Made by a program: the position numbers and the translations under genes
Source of the DNA: Limisphaerales bacterium
Lineage (GTDB): Bacteria; Verrucomicrobiota; Verrucomicrobiia; Limisphaerales; JAJOIW01
Reading direction: 5' to 3'
Length of the DNA: 64,000 nt
NCBI GenBank assembly: GCA_965657355.1
Contig: CBFHOE010000006.1
Coordinates: 79,217-143,216, forward strand
Shown here: positions 21,114 through 30,969 of the stretch, one piece after another
How positions within the stretch are numbered: the first letter of the stretch is position 1
How the letters are laid out: each line of letters opens with the position of its first letter
The notes under the pieces: generated by a model
Database searches by the model: none
What the model was told of the DNA's origin: nothing
The model's input: the letters and a program-made list of their open reading frames with translations, nothing else

Positions 21114-21146
21114 AAAAACCCTGTGGCACGGCTACAGGGGTTTTTT
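21114..21146 (+). terminator. Intrinsic terminator
   Basis: CCCTGTGGC-ACG-GCTACAGGG hairpin followed by a T6 tract, 30 bp after the stop. Confidence 0.8.
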
Positions 21147-21347
21147 ATATTCTACTCAATCGCACAAATACAGGGAGTCGACATTCAGCCTACAAATAAG
21201 GCAGATCCCGACGAGATAAGTTATGCCTGAATGTCTTTTCGCCTCTAAAAACTAAAAAGGTGGAAAAACTACAATTTTCATCATTTTTGAATTAGAAAAC
21301 GTCGAAAATAAGGAAAGATAAAAAATTGATGCGTTCAATCCCTTGCT

Positions 21348-22250
21348 ATGTTTGTGATTCGCGATTACAAGATTTCTATGATCCTGGGAAAGGTTGCTAT
21401 ATTAGGCCTCGGTCTACTAGGAGGCTCCATTGGGCTTGAGTTGCGCATGAGAAATCTGGCGGAGCGTGTGGTTGCCTATGCTCGGAGGGATCAGACCGTG
21501 GCTGAAGGAAGGACAATGGGGGCCGCCGATGAAATATCAACCAATCTTGAAGGCACTATCGCCGAGTCCGATTTGGTCATCCTGTGCACGCCAGTATTTC
21601 AGATGAAAAATCTGGCGGAAAAAATTGCCAAACTTCTCCCCAAAAACTGCTTGGTAACAGATGTGGGGAGTGTGAAGCAGTATGTCATTAGCCAAGTGAC
21701 GCCAGCATTGAATGACGCTGGGATTGAATTCCTCGGAAGCCACCCAATGGCAGGGTCAGAGAAAACGGGTGTCATGGCCGCACAAAAAGGCATTTTTAAA
21801 GGAGCGCATTGTGCCATAACTCCTACTTCAAATAATTCTTATGGCTCAATTGAAAAACTTAAAAAATTTTGGGGAAGTTTGGGCGGTGTTCCAATGGTGA
21901 TGGAGCCTGACAAACATGATGAAATGGTTGCACGATGTTCTCATGTTCCACATGTTCTATCATCTACTTTGTCCAAGTTTGTCCTGAATCCTGGGTGGCC
22001 CAAAGAACAGGCATCTTTGAGTAGCACAGGATTTAGAGATATTTCTCGATTAGCTAGCGGATCTCCTGAAATGTGGAAAGACATTTCCCTTTCAAATAAA
22101 GAATCTATTATCAACGCCATCTCAGAATGGAATGAAGAGCTCAATCAATTCATTAATGCCCTCGAAGAAATGGATGAAACCGCCATCCTTGACTTTTTTA
22201 AGGAAGCGAAATTACGGCGGGATTTGTGGCTTAAAAATTTTAAAAAATAA
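21348..22250 (+). CDS. tyrA: Prephenate/arogenate dehydrogenase (start possibly ATG 21378)
   Basis: GLGLLGGS, TDVGSVK, HPMAGSE, HD..VARCSHVPH, GFRDISRLA. Confidence 0.92.
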   Translation: MFVIRDYKISMILGKVAILGLGLLGGSIGLELRMRNLAERVVAYARRDQTVAEGRTMGAADEISTNLEGTIAESDLVILCTPVFQMKNLAEKIAKLLPKNCLVTDVGSVKQYVISQVTPALNDAGIEFLGSHPMAGSEKTGVMAAQKGIFKGAHCAITPTSNNSYGSIEKLKKFWGSLGGVPMVMEPDKHDEMVARCSHVPHVLSSTLSKFVLNPGWPKEQASLSSTGFRDISRLASGSPEMWKDISLSNKESIINAISEWNEELNQFINALEEMDETAILDFFKEAKLRRDLWLKNFKK

Positions 22251-23525
22251 ATGAATTTCTATAGTCAAATTGAATTAGTTCCACCAGATGATGACGGGTC
22301 ACCAGTAACCATTTCCATACCCGGGAGTAAAAGTATAACGAATAGAGCTTTGATTCTGGCTGCGATCTCCAAAGGCCAAACAACTCTTCATGGTGCCTTG
22401 TGGAGCGAGGATACTCAAATCATGGTTGAAGCTCTCAGAAAATTAGGGTTTTCAATTGAAGTTGAGAAGGATTTTTATGAGCCGTGTAATCGTATCATTA
22501 CAATTACTGGATTGGGGGGAGAAATCCCAAATAAGGGGAGCCAATCTGATCCCTTGGAGATTTATGTCGGTAATGCGGGCACGGCGGCACGATTCCTGGT
22601 CGCATTTTTATGCACAGGACAAGGTGTTTATCGCGTCTCTGGTGTCGACAGAATGCACAAACGCCCTCAAAAATCTTTATTCAAAAGCTTGAAAGAGCTT
22701 GGCTATAAAATTGAATCCAATGGCAATTTTCTTCCTGCAACAATTTATGGGGGAGGCCGTAAAAAAGGTGATGTCAGTGTTTCTATAGACGAGTCCAGTC
22801 AATTTGCATCCGCTCTCCTTCTCGTAGCAAAGGTCGGAGATTGGAATGTCTCTATCGAAAAAGAGGATGGCGATAATATGCCTTATGTGGAAATGACTAA
22901 AAAGATGATCAGTGGATTCCCGATAATGGGTGGCGATTATAAAATTGAACCGGACTCGTCAAGTGCAAGCTACTTTTGGGCCGCAGCTCATATCTTGGGG
23001 ATACCTATTAACATTACGAATTGGCCATCCACGACCTGGCAAATTGATACCTCTTTCCCCAATTACCTCCCAATACCTTCCGAACTTTCTCGAGAAATTC
23101 ACTTAGGAGATAGCATTCTTACCGCGATAGCTATAGCTCCACTATCGGAAAACCCATGCACCTTTAATGATCTTGGTCGTTTACGCGTTCAGGAATGCGA
23201 AAGAGTCATAGCAATGAGAACTGAGTTATCAAAACTTGGAGCCAATATTAAAGAAACTGGTGATTCATTATTTGTTGAACCAAGTTTGGAAAGTCTAAAT
23301 GGAGCTGAAATAGATACTTATGATGACCACAGAATAGCGATGTCCCTGTCGTTAATCGGCATTAAAGTTAGAGGAGTTCGTATAAATGATCCCGGGTGCG
23401 TAAAAAAAACTTTTCCAAATTTCTTTTCGAAATGGACGGCCCCGAAACCAAACGGCTTAGGCTTTTCCATCATAGATCCCAAAACTAAAAATCTAATTCC
23501 TTCAAAAGACCTCATTGTGGGGTAA
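22251..23525 (+). CDS. aroA: 3-phosphoshikimate 1-carboxyvinyltransferase (EPSP synthase)
   Basis: PGSKSITNR, GNAGTAAR, SSQFAS, DDHRIAM, CVKKTFP. Confidence 0.93.
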   Translation: MNFYSQIELVPPDDDGSPVTISIPGSKSITNRALILAAISKGQTTLHGALWSEDTQIMVEALRKLGFSIEVEKDFYEPCNRIITITGLGGEIPNKGSQSDPLEIYVGNAGTAARFLVAFLCTGQGVYRVSGVDRMHKRPQKSLFKSLKELGYKIESNGNFLPATIYGGGRKKGDVSVSIDESSQFASALLLVAKVGDWNVSIEKEDGDNMPYVEMTKKMISGFPIMGGDYKIEPDSSSASYFWAAAHILGIPINITNWPSTTWQIDTSFPNYLPIPSELSREIHLGDSILTAIAIAPLSENPCTFNDLGRLRVQECERVIAMRTELSKLGANIKETGDSLFVEPSLESLNGAEIDTYDDHRIAMSLSLIGIKVRGVRINDPGCVKKTFPNFFSKWTAPKPNGLGFSIIDPKTKNLIPSKDLIVG

Positions 23526-23587
23526 TTTTCTGCTTTTCTTAAAAATACTATCTTGCGCGGTCAGAGATCTTTTTTCAGGATCAGGCT

Positions 23588-24235
23588 GTGGAGAAAGATG
23601 CAATCGTTATATCTGTTGACGGAACCAGTGGAAGCGGAAAGAGCACCAATTCAAAAATAGTTGCTGAAGCGCTAGGGTTTACTTACGTGGACACAGGAGC
23701 CATGTACCGAACATTCGCCTGGTGGTGCCTCAAAAACAAAATTGATGTGGAAGACCAAAAAGAAATAGGTGACGCTATTACCTCGTGGGATCCAGAGCTG
23801 AAAAACCTAGGCGGAAAAATTTGGCTAACAATCGATGGGTATTTTCCTGAAAAAGAGATAAGAACAGAGGAGGTCAGTCGAATAGTTTCAAAAATAGCGG
23901 CTCATCCAGCGGTTAGGAAGTGGATGAAAGATTCCCAACAATCATGTATTCAGTTTGGCAGTCTAGTTATGGAAGGCAGAGACATCGGCTCCAACATTTT
24001 TCCGCAAACCCCATATAAATTTTATATTGATGCCAACATAGAATTAAGAGCAAAGAGAAGGCTAGCAGACGGCGTAAACGAGGATCTCGCTGCAAGGGAT
24101 AAATCAGACAGCCAACGCAAACATAATCCTCTGGTCATTCCTGAAGGAGCAGTTCTCGTCAACACATCAGGCCGAAACCCTGATGAAACCTCCAAATTTA
24201 TTCTCAACAAAATTAATGAGATAAAAGAAAAATAA
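23588..24235 (+). CDS. cmk: Cytidylate kinase
   Basis: DGTSGSGKST, DTGAMYR, VMEGRDIG, RDKSDSQR. Confidence 0.93.
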   Translation: MEKDAIVISVDGTSGSGKSTNSKIVAEALGFTYVDTGAMYRTFAWWCLKNKIDVEDQKEIGDAITSWDPELKNLGGKIWLTIDGYFPEKEIRTEEVSRIVSKIAAHPAVRKWMKDSQQSCIQFGSLVMEGRDIGSNIFPQTPYKFYIDANIELRAKRRLADGVNEDLAARDKSDSQRKHNPLVIPEGAVLVNTSGRNPDETSKFILNKINEIKEK

Positions 24236-24261
24236 TATTATAGAGTCTTTAGAAAGATTTC

Positions 24262-24927
24262 ATGGCATCAAAACCTAAAAGAAAATTATTCTACGATATC
24301 ACAGCTCGCTCATTAAGTTTGTTTTTCGGTTTATACTGCAGAACCAGCTGGCATGGACGTGAGAATGTTCCATCTGAAGGGTCTGTGATATTGGCGTCAA
24401 ATCACGCCAGTTTTTTTGATCCACCCTTAATTGGGTGCTCATTACCGAGAGAGATTTGCTATTTGGCTCGTGAATCACTTTTCCATTTCGGACCATTCGG
24501 AAAAATAATTTCAGCTCTAAACTCTATCCCAGTTGACCGGGATGGAGGAGGGGCAAAAGGTTTAAAAATGATTTTCTCAAAGTTAAAAGAAGGTGCAGGG
24601 ATCCTTCTTTTCCCAGAAGGGACCAGAACAGATACGGGCGAACTTCTCGAGGCAGAACCAGGGATAGGACTGACCATTTTGAAAACAGATGCTCCAGTAA
24701 TACCCGTTTATATTTCAGGTAGTTTTGATGCCTTTTCTAAAAATGATAAATTTCCAAAACCGAAAAAAATCTCTGTCCACTTTGGGGAACAAATAGATTA
24801 CAACCATATGCGAAGTGAATTTAAAAAAGCGAGTGCATCGGAAAGAAAAGAGTTTTATTTAAAAGCTGCTCAAAAATCTATGTCTGCTATCGCAGAAATT
24901 AAAGCTAGCCTGCCCGATAATACATAA
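24262..24927 (+). CDS. plsC: 1-acyl-sn-glycerol-3-phosphate acyltransferase
   Basis: NHASFFD (HxxxxD) and FPEGTR motifs; follows cmk. Confidence 0.88.
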   Translation: MASKPKRKLFYDITARSLSLFFGLYCRTSWHGRENVPSEGSVILASNHASFFDPPLIGCSLPREICYLARESLFHFGPFGKIISALNSIPVDRDGGGAKGLKMIFSKLKEGAGILLFPEGTRTDTGELLEAEPGIGLTILKTDAPVIPVYISGSFDAFSKNDKFPKPKKISVHFGEQIDYNHMRSEFKKASASERKEFYLKAAQKSMSAIAEIKASLPDNT

Positions 24928-24938
24928 GCTTGATTCAG

Positions 24939-25573
24939 TTATTTCAATGTCATTTTTGAAAAGCTGGGTTTCTTAATTATTTCCCATGGGAAATAATAAA
25001 AACCAAGAATTGGAAATAAAGCTAAATGGTCGAGACCAAGGGCTGATAAACCAGCGAATATGAAGATTAATAAGTGCATCCTTACAACATTAACGTAAGG
25101 TAGCAGCATACCACTAAGATGGCTAAATTCAGACTGGTGGATTGGCAATGACTTCCACCTTGAAATAAACGTCCCTATGATCAGTGGCCATCCTTTGGCC
25201 ACTGCTGCTCCGGCCATAAAAAAAATAACTAACGGGCCATTTTTAAAAAAATCTATTTCTCCAATTGGAAAAAATGAGTAAGAAATGCTCCGTGCACCAG
25301 ATGAAATACTCCAAAATGGAATGTAAAAAATGCAAGAAAAACTGCCCCTTTGCGCTCAGATGGTTTTGATTTTATGACGATTTGGAAAATAAATAAAAGG
25401 AGCCAAATATAGCCGAAGGTAAGACTACAGACCCGCAGCCCCCAAATCACATCTTCCACTCGCCACTTAAATATTATAGCGAATAAAACAGTGGTCAAAA
25501 ACGATCCAATATTTGGAGCGAGACCAGAAATATTGTGATAACTCCCAGAAGGCGGTTTATCATTATTCAACAT
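24939..25573 (-). pseudogene. Membrane protein (DUF6498-like) split by a 1-nt frameshift
   Basis: ORFs 25253-25573 and 24939-25217 join into one frame (...HFFPIGEIDFFKNGPLVIFFMAGA...) if one T is added to the T6 run at 25269-25274. Motifs FFTFHFGVFH and PYVNVVRMHLLIF are present. Confidence 0.7.
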
Positions 25574-25600
25574 TACATGAACTTATTCTCACTTGCTCAT

Positions 25601-26461
25601 TTACGTGGCAGGAATCCACTTTTGAAGTATCAGGGACAAAACAAAAAAGATGGTATATAGCAATAAACTTACTCCGCCCCACGGTTGGATAACAAGAAGA
25701 TCAGCCAATACAATTCCGGCGAGCAAATAGCTAACAGTACGCCCGGGGTTATAAACTTTTTTGTTAAAAATAAAAATCAAAGCAAAACCAGTCCATATAG
25801 CAAATGGGAAGACAAAGAAAAAAATCCTGACCTGGGGCTCAGGTGTGTTGAAAATGAAGGCCCATACAGCTGGAGCAGCCAGAAGAGCTACTGGCCATAA
25901 ATCAAATGGGCTGTCTATTCTTTCATGACGAGCGATATAGCTGAGCCCGACAACATAGCAAAACAAAAAAAGAGCTGTCCAAATTACGAACCCCGGTATT
26001 GGGCCCCCAGATGCACCGATAGCCCCCGCAAAAATTATCAACCAAAAACGACATGCTGCCATTATTATAGAGGACCAAGAAATCCGTTTATGAATCCAAT
26101 CGTACCATAAAATAGTGGTGAATAAGAAGAAGGCACAAATCAAGGCAGGGATACCTAATAAAGCACTGAGAACAAATCCCACAAAAAACCAAACTCCACC
26201 CTGAATCCAAACGTGAATCGCTGGGCAGTCACCTTTGGGAATTGGCCGACGAGGGGCATGCTTTTTGTCCCATTCTACATCGAAGGCATCATTCCAATAC
26301 ATTCCTCCGATATAAAAAAAAGTAGCACTAAGCTGCATCAACCAAAATTGTGAATTGAAAGCCGAGTTCCCCGTTAAGATCCAACCGGTCAAACAATTAG
26401 CCCAAACTGTTGGAAGGTTGGAAACACGCCCTAAAATCAACAATGATCTAATATACGCCAC
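25601..26461 (-). CDS. UbiA-family prenyltransferase, EboC-like
   Basis: GRVSNLPTVWAN, GGMYWNDAFDVEWD, RPIPKG, WYDWIHK; polytopic; adjacent to eboE. Confidence 0.85.
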   Translation of the reverse strand: MAYIRSLLILGRVSNLPTVWANCLTGWILTGNSAFNSQFWLMQLSATFFYIGGMYWNDAFDVEWDKKHAPRRPIPKGDCPAIHVWIQGGVWFFVGFVLSALLGIPALICAFFLFTTILWYDWIHKRISWSSIIMAACRFWLIIFAGAIGASGGPIPGFVIWTALFLFCYVVGLSYIARHERIDSPFDLWPVALLAAPAVWAFIFNTPEPQVRIFFFVFPFAIWTGFALIFIFNKKVYNPGRTVSYLLAGIVLADLLVIQPWGGVSLLLYTIFFVLSLILQKWIPAT

Positions 26462-26511
26462 GAGTAGGTTTTAGTTTTAGTTAAGCTGGTTGGATTATCG
26501 GCAATAGAAAT

Positions 26512-27684
26512 TCAAATAATGTTTCGCTGAGACATCTGATTCAAAGTCCAATGGTATTCCTTAGTCAGTTGATCAACCACATCCTTCTGTTTTATTGCAT
26601 CGGGTAGAACTTCCCATGTATATGTTTCCATTTCGTAGTGATCGCATAAATCAGGTTTAGCAACCAAAATGTCCAACAACTTTTCGATATGGTCAGAGGT
26701 TGATGCGAAAAGCGCATTGGTTTCGCTATGCAGCGGGATATGAAAATGAATACGCCATTCATCACCTTCTGGGAGTTGGTCTTTTTGTGCATTTTTTAGG
26801 GCGATGTCGAGATCTTTAATTCTTTTTAGCTGTCCTGTTTTCGGATCTTTAGAGATAACCTGATGGAAGTATACAGGATCATCAAATGCGGCAAGTTTTT
26901 CTAACCTGTCACGGGTCGGGATGACCTTTAATGCTGAGCTCAAATGAATTTTGGAAATCTTAATGTTATTGGAAACGAACCTATCGATAACATCTTTCGG
27001 TTCTTCAAATTCTATTGCCAAATGACAAGTATCATAGTTTACCCCTAAGCATCGATCAATACGGCCATCTCCCGGCCGCATTTCTCTCATCGAATTAATA
27101 AAATCAACAGTTTCACTGCTCGTTTCCAGAAAACATAAAGGCTCAGGTTCCAAGCCAAGATGAAAATCTCTCCCAGTTTTTTGCTGAAGATCATCAATAT
27201 ATTCGATAACGCTCCAAAGATTCTCTTTCATCAACTCAACCTGACCTGCGTCGTGAATAAATTCCTTGTACGAACAGGGCACAGTACTGACACTCGCCGA
27301 GCAATCGCTTGGAGTAATTTCCTTGAGTAACTTAAAAAGCAATTTTGTGTATTCTACTCTTTCGCCAGTAGTCCAGTCGGGACGATATACATCCTCTTTC
27401 ACTCTGGCGCCATGAAATGTTCCATAAGGAAATCCATTTACTGTAAAAACATAACAATTGTTTTGATCGAGCCAGTTTTTAAATTCATTCAAGTTTTTGG
27501 ACTGCTCGAGTTCTTTTGCGGCATTAAATCCAAGTCTTAACCCAATAGCATATCGATCGGTGGGGCATACGTTTTCTTGCACCCGTGTGGTATAGTCTTT
27601 TAATGTCTGGAAGGTTTGCTCCCATGACTCACCCCTGTGAATGTTCGTGCAGTAGGCCAAATGCCATCCGTTCCCTAATTTCAT
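26512..27684 (-). CDS. eboE: Metabolite traffic protein EboE (xylose-isomerase-like TIM barrel)
   Basis: HLAYCTNIHRGESW, NGFPYGTFH..VKEDVYRPDW, LEPEP, YDTCHLA, WRIHFHIPL, ETYTWEVLP. Confidence 0.88.
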   Translation of the reverse strand: MKLGNGWHLAYCTNIHRGESWEQTFQTLKDYTTRVQENVCPTDRYAIGLRLGFNAAKELEQSKNLNEFKNWLDQNNCYVFTVNGFPYGTFHGARVKEDVYRPDWTTGERVEYTKLLFKLLKEITPSDCSASVSTVPCSYKEFIHDAGQVELMKENLWSVIEYIDDLQQKTGRDFHLGLEPEPLCFLETSSETVDFINSMREMRPGDGRIDRCLGVNYDTCHLAIEFEEPKDVIDRFVSNNIKISKIHLSSALKVIPTRDRLEKLAAFDDPVYFHQVISKDPKTGQLKRIKDLDIALKNAQKDQLPEGDEWRIHFHIPLHSETNALFASTSDHIEKLLDILVAKPDLCDHYEMETYTWEVLPDAIKQKDVVDQLTKEYHWTLNQMSQRNII

Positions 27685-27775
27685 TAGTTGAATTTTTAGC
27701 TTATTAATGGGTTATTTTCACTAAAATTAAAATTTAATATCGAGAAAAGTGGTCAAGATAAGTTAATTGTGAGTT

Positions 27776-29971
27776 GTGCCGAAGAATACTGCACATTTAG
27801 CGAATGATTCTGTTCAAGGTTTGGTGGAAAGAGTGACTTACCACAACGAAGAGAATGGATTTGCTGTCATTAAAGTAAAGTCGCGGGGCAAAAAAGACCT
27901 TGTCACAGTGATTGGCAATATAGCTTCTATATCGCCAGGAGAGTGGCTTGTCGCCGAAGGCTCTTGGATTCGAGATAGAGACCACGGGCTGCAGCTTAAA
28001 TGTGTCAGAATCCAAACTTCAGCCCCAAGTTCATTAGAGGGAATTGAAAAATACCTTGGAAGTGGGATGGTAAAAGGCATCGGACCAATCTACGCAAAAA
28101 AAATGGTCGAGAAATTTGGGGAGAAAATTTTTGATATTATCGATTCTCAATCTGCAAAACTGGAAGATATAGACGGGATCGGGCCAGGCAGAAGAAAGAA
28201 AATTAAAGAAGCTTGGGCAGAACAACAAATTATCCGGGAAATCATGGTTTTTCTGCACTCGAATGGAATCAGTACGAGTCGAGCTCTAAGAATTTATAAG
28301 ACATATGGAGATAAAGCTATTGAAAGACTTCAAGACAATCCTTACATACTCGTACGCGATATTCATGGCATAGGGTTTTTAACAGCAGATAAAATGGCCC
28401 AATCCATGGGAATTCCCCATGACTCAGTCCTTCGAGCCAAAGCAGGAGTGATGCATATTTTGGCAACAGCAGCGAGTGAAGGGCATTGCGGTTTGCCCAT
28501 CAAAGATATTTTAGAGTCTACCGAAAAGTTGCTTGATGTTTCATCCGATCGAGTTTTGGAAGGTTTCGACAATTGTTTATCAAATGGTGACATCTTAAGA
28601 GTGCCATTCGGCGAAGGCCTCAAGCACCTCATCATGCTCCCTATATACAATACGGCTGAAGAACAAATCTTTCATTCCATAAAAAACCTTTCCCAAAGCC
28701 CAAAAACCCTTCCTGATGTAAAAATTGATGCTGCCTTTGAGTGGTGTAAAACAAAAACTGATTTAGACCTTGAAGAACAACAAAAAGAAGCTATCAAACA
28801 GGCACTTACATCAAGAGTTTCCGTCATCACTGGGGGGCCAGGTGTTGGAAAAACGACTCTTGTGAAGTCCTTACTCCTTATTCTTAGAGCAAAAAAAGTA
28901 AAGACTATGCTTTGTGCCCCAACCGGAAGGGCTGCAAAACGGTTGGAAGAATCAAGTGGTTTAGAAGCAAAGACGATTCATAGGCTTCTCGAAGGGCGAA
29001 TTGGGGGGTTTAATAGAAACACTCATAATCCAATTGAATGTGATGCTCTTATTGTTGATGAAAGCTCAATGATTGATGTTTTACTTATGGCATCCCTCTT
29101 GCGGGCATTACCAAGTAAAGCACACTTAATACTAGTAGGGGATATAGACCAACTGCCAAGTGTAGGCCCGGGCACTGTTCTTATGGATATAATTCAATCT
29201 AACGTAGTACCTGTCGTTAGATTGACGAAAATATTTAGGCAAGCAAACGCCAGTAAAATCACAACTGTAGCACATCAAATCAACTCTGGACATCTAGAAG
29301 GAATAGACGACTCGCAACCCGAAGATGACTTTTTTTTCATAGAAAGGGAGGACTCAGATAAGACGTCAGATTCATTGATAAACTTCGTCGCAAAAAAATT
29401 ACCATCCTCGTTTCATATAGATCCAATAAAGCAAATACAGGTTCTTTGTCCAATGAATAAGGGGAACTTGGGGGTCTATGAAATGAATCTTAAACTGCAA
29501 GAAAAGCTTAATCCAATTAAAGAAGGAATACCGAGAGTTGAGAAGTTTGGGTATAAATTTCAAGCTGGCGATAAAGTCATACAGACGCAGAATAATTACG
29601 ACAAAGATGTTTTCAATGGTGATATTGGTATCATTGCCGGTATAGATTTAGACTCACGCACCGTCGTTATAGATTATGAGGGTCAACGTATTGAATACGA
29701 TTTTAATGAACTCGATGAAATTTCACTTGCTTATGCCATTACAATTCATAAGTCACAAGGATCTGAATTTCCGGTCGTTGTGCTACCTGTAGCCATGCAG
29801 CAATTTATTATGCTTCAAAGAAATTTGCTCTACACGGGAATTACGAGAGGCAAGAATAAAGTTATTGTCGTCGGGCAAAAAAAGGCATTTCAATATGCAG
29901 TAAAGAACAAAGAATCAGCACTCCGATATTCTTCATTAAAAAGTCGATTATCGAGACTTAGTGAAATCTGA
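27776..29971 (+). CDS. recD2: ATP-dependent RecD-like DNA helicase (RecD2, SF1B)
   Basis: N-terminal OB/HhH region (GIGP repeats), TGGPGVGKTT, APTGRAAKRL, VDESSM, GDIDQLPSVGPG, AITIHKSQGSEF, YTGITRGK. Confidence 0.92.
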   Translation: MPKNTAHLANDSVQGLVERVTYHNEENGFAVIKVKSRGKKDLVTVIGNIASISPGEWLVAEGSWIRDRDHGLQLKCVRIQTSAPSSLEGIEKYLGSGMVKGIGPIYAKKMVEKFGEKIFDIIDSQSAKLEDIDGIGPGRRKKIKEAWAEQQIIREIMVFLHSNGISTSRALRIYKTYGDKAIERLQDNPYILVRDIHGIGFLTADKMAQSMGIPHDSVLRAKAGVMHILATAASEGHCGLPIKDILESTEKLLDVSSDRVLEGFDNCLSNGDILRVPFGEGLKHLIMLPIYNTAEEQIFHSIKNLSQSPKTLPDVKIDAAFEWCKTKTDLDLEEQQKEAIKQALTSRVSVITGGPGVGKTTLVKSLLLILRAKKVKTMLCAPTGRAAKRLEESSGLEAKTIHRLLEGRIGGFNRNTHNPIECDALIVDESSMIDVLLMASLLRALPSKAHLILVGDIDQLPSVGPGTVLMDIIQSNVVPVVRLTKIFRQANASKITTVAHQINSGHLEGIDDSQPEDDFFFIEREDSDKTSDSLINFVAKKLPSSFHIDPIKQIQVLCPMNKGNLGVYEMNLKLQEKLNPIKEGIPRVEKFGYKFQAGDKVIQTQNNYDKDVFNGDIGIIAGIDLDSRTVVIDYEGQRIEYDFNELDEISLAYAITIHKSQGSEFPVVVLPVAMQQFIMLQRNLLYTGITRGKNKVIVVGQKKAFQYAVKNKESALRYSSLKSRLSRLSEI

Positions 29972-30957
29972 TGTTTTGGAAAATGAATTCCCAAAATAAT
30001 TTGCCGCTAAAAAATAAATGGGTGAGTGATCTTACCTGGGTGATATCTTCACCCTCTTTGTTAGAAAATCAAAAAGGGACTAATAAAAGCCTAATTCTCG
30101 GCACGAAATGGCATGAGGCGAGATATAATGAGTCCATTCAATGGCTTTGTGACCTGGACGAGGACCCAACTCCTTTAAATGAATGGATGGATTCATCAAA
30201 AGATAAAAGAATTGGCTCGCTCTTCGAACGCCTAATCACTTTTTGGTTAAAGTTCGGCCCGGGTCCATTGAGACTGATCAAGAATGGCCTTCAAATCATT
30301 GAAAACAAACACACACTGGGAGAGCTCGATTTCATAGTTTTTAATGAAGAAGAGAATGAGTTTTGGAGTATTGAAGTTGCCGTTAAGTTTTATATAGGAG
30401 TCAATAAATCCTATGAAATGAAAGACTTTGTTGGACCAAGAGTCATGGATACTCTAAGAAGAAAATGGAATCACTTAATTGAAAAACAAAGTCGGCTACA
30501 CAAAAATCCTGTGGCTCAAAAAGCAATTTTAAACCTAACTGAAGGAAGGCAAGTCATTCCGAAAATCTATATAAAGGGTCGCTTGTTTGTTCCCTTTGAG
30601 ATATTTCAGAAACACTCAACAAATCAGATTCCTTTAGCACTTGAGCAAGATTATTCGGGGCTGTGCGGAGGTTGGTGGATGACGCCTGAAAAAGCCGATG
30701 CCTATTTTAAAAAATCTCAGGTCTGTGAACTCAATAAGTCTTTTTATTTCTCACCTATTTCTGAGGCCCTTTTTGAAAAATCAGATTCACCTTTTAAACA
30801 GGAATTCGACTTCAATAGAATTTTTCACGACGAGAAAAATATCCCACGCCTTATTGCAGTAGCAGATAAAACAAGTGGAGTCGAAGAATCGAGGGGCTGG
30901 ATAGTTCCCTCGGGCTGGCCTGATTGTATTGAAGAAATCGAGGCGGATGAAAGATGA
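29971..30957 (+). CDS. DUF1853-like protein (predicted PD-(D/E)XK nuclease fold)
   Basis: DL.WVI.SPSL, RIGSLFERL, TLGELDFIV, IEVAVKFY, FVGP..D.L..K, KGRLF. Confidence 0.8.
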   Translation: MFWKMNSQNNLPLKNKWVSDLTWVISSPSLLENQKGTNKSLILGTKWHEARYNESIQWLCDLDEDPTPLNEWMDSSKDKRIGSLFERLITFWLKFGPGPLRLIKNGLQIIENKHTLGELDFIVFNEEENEFWSIEVAVKFYIGVNKSYEMKDFVGPRVMDTLRRKWNHLIEKQSRLHKNPVAQKAILNLTEGRQVIPKIYIKGRLFVPFEIFQKHSTNQIPLALEQDYSGLCGGWWMTPEKADAYFKKSQVCELNKSFYFSPISEALFEKSDSPFKQEFDFNRIFHDEKNIPRLIAVADKTSGVEESRGWIVPSGWPDCIEEIEADER

Positions 30958-30969
30958 GGCAAAATTAAT

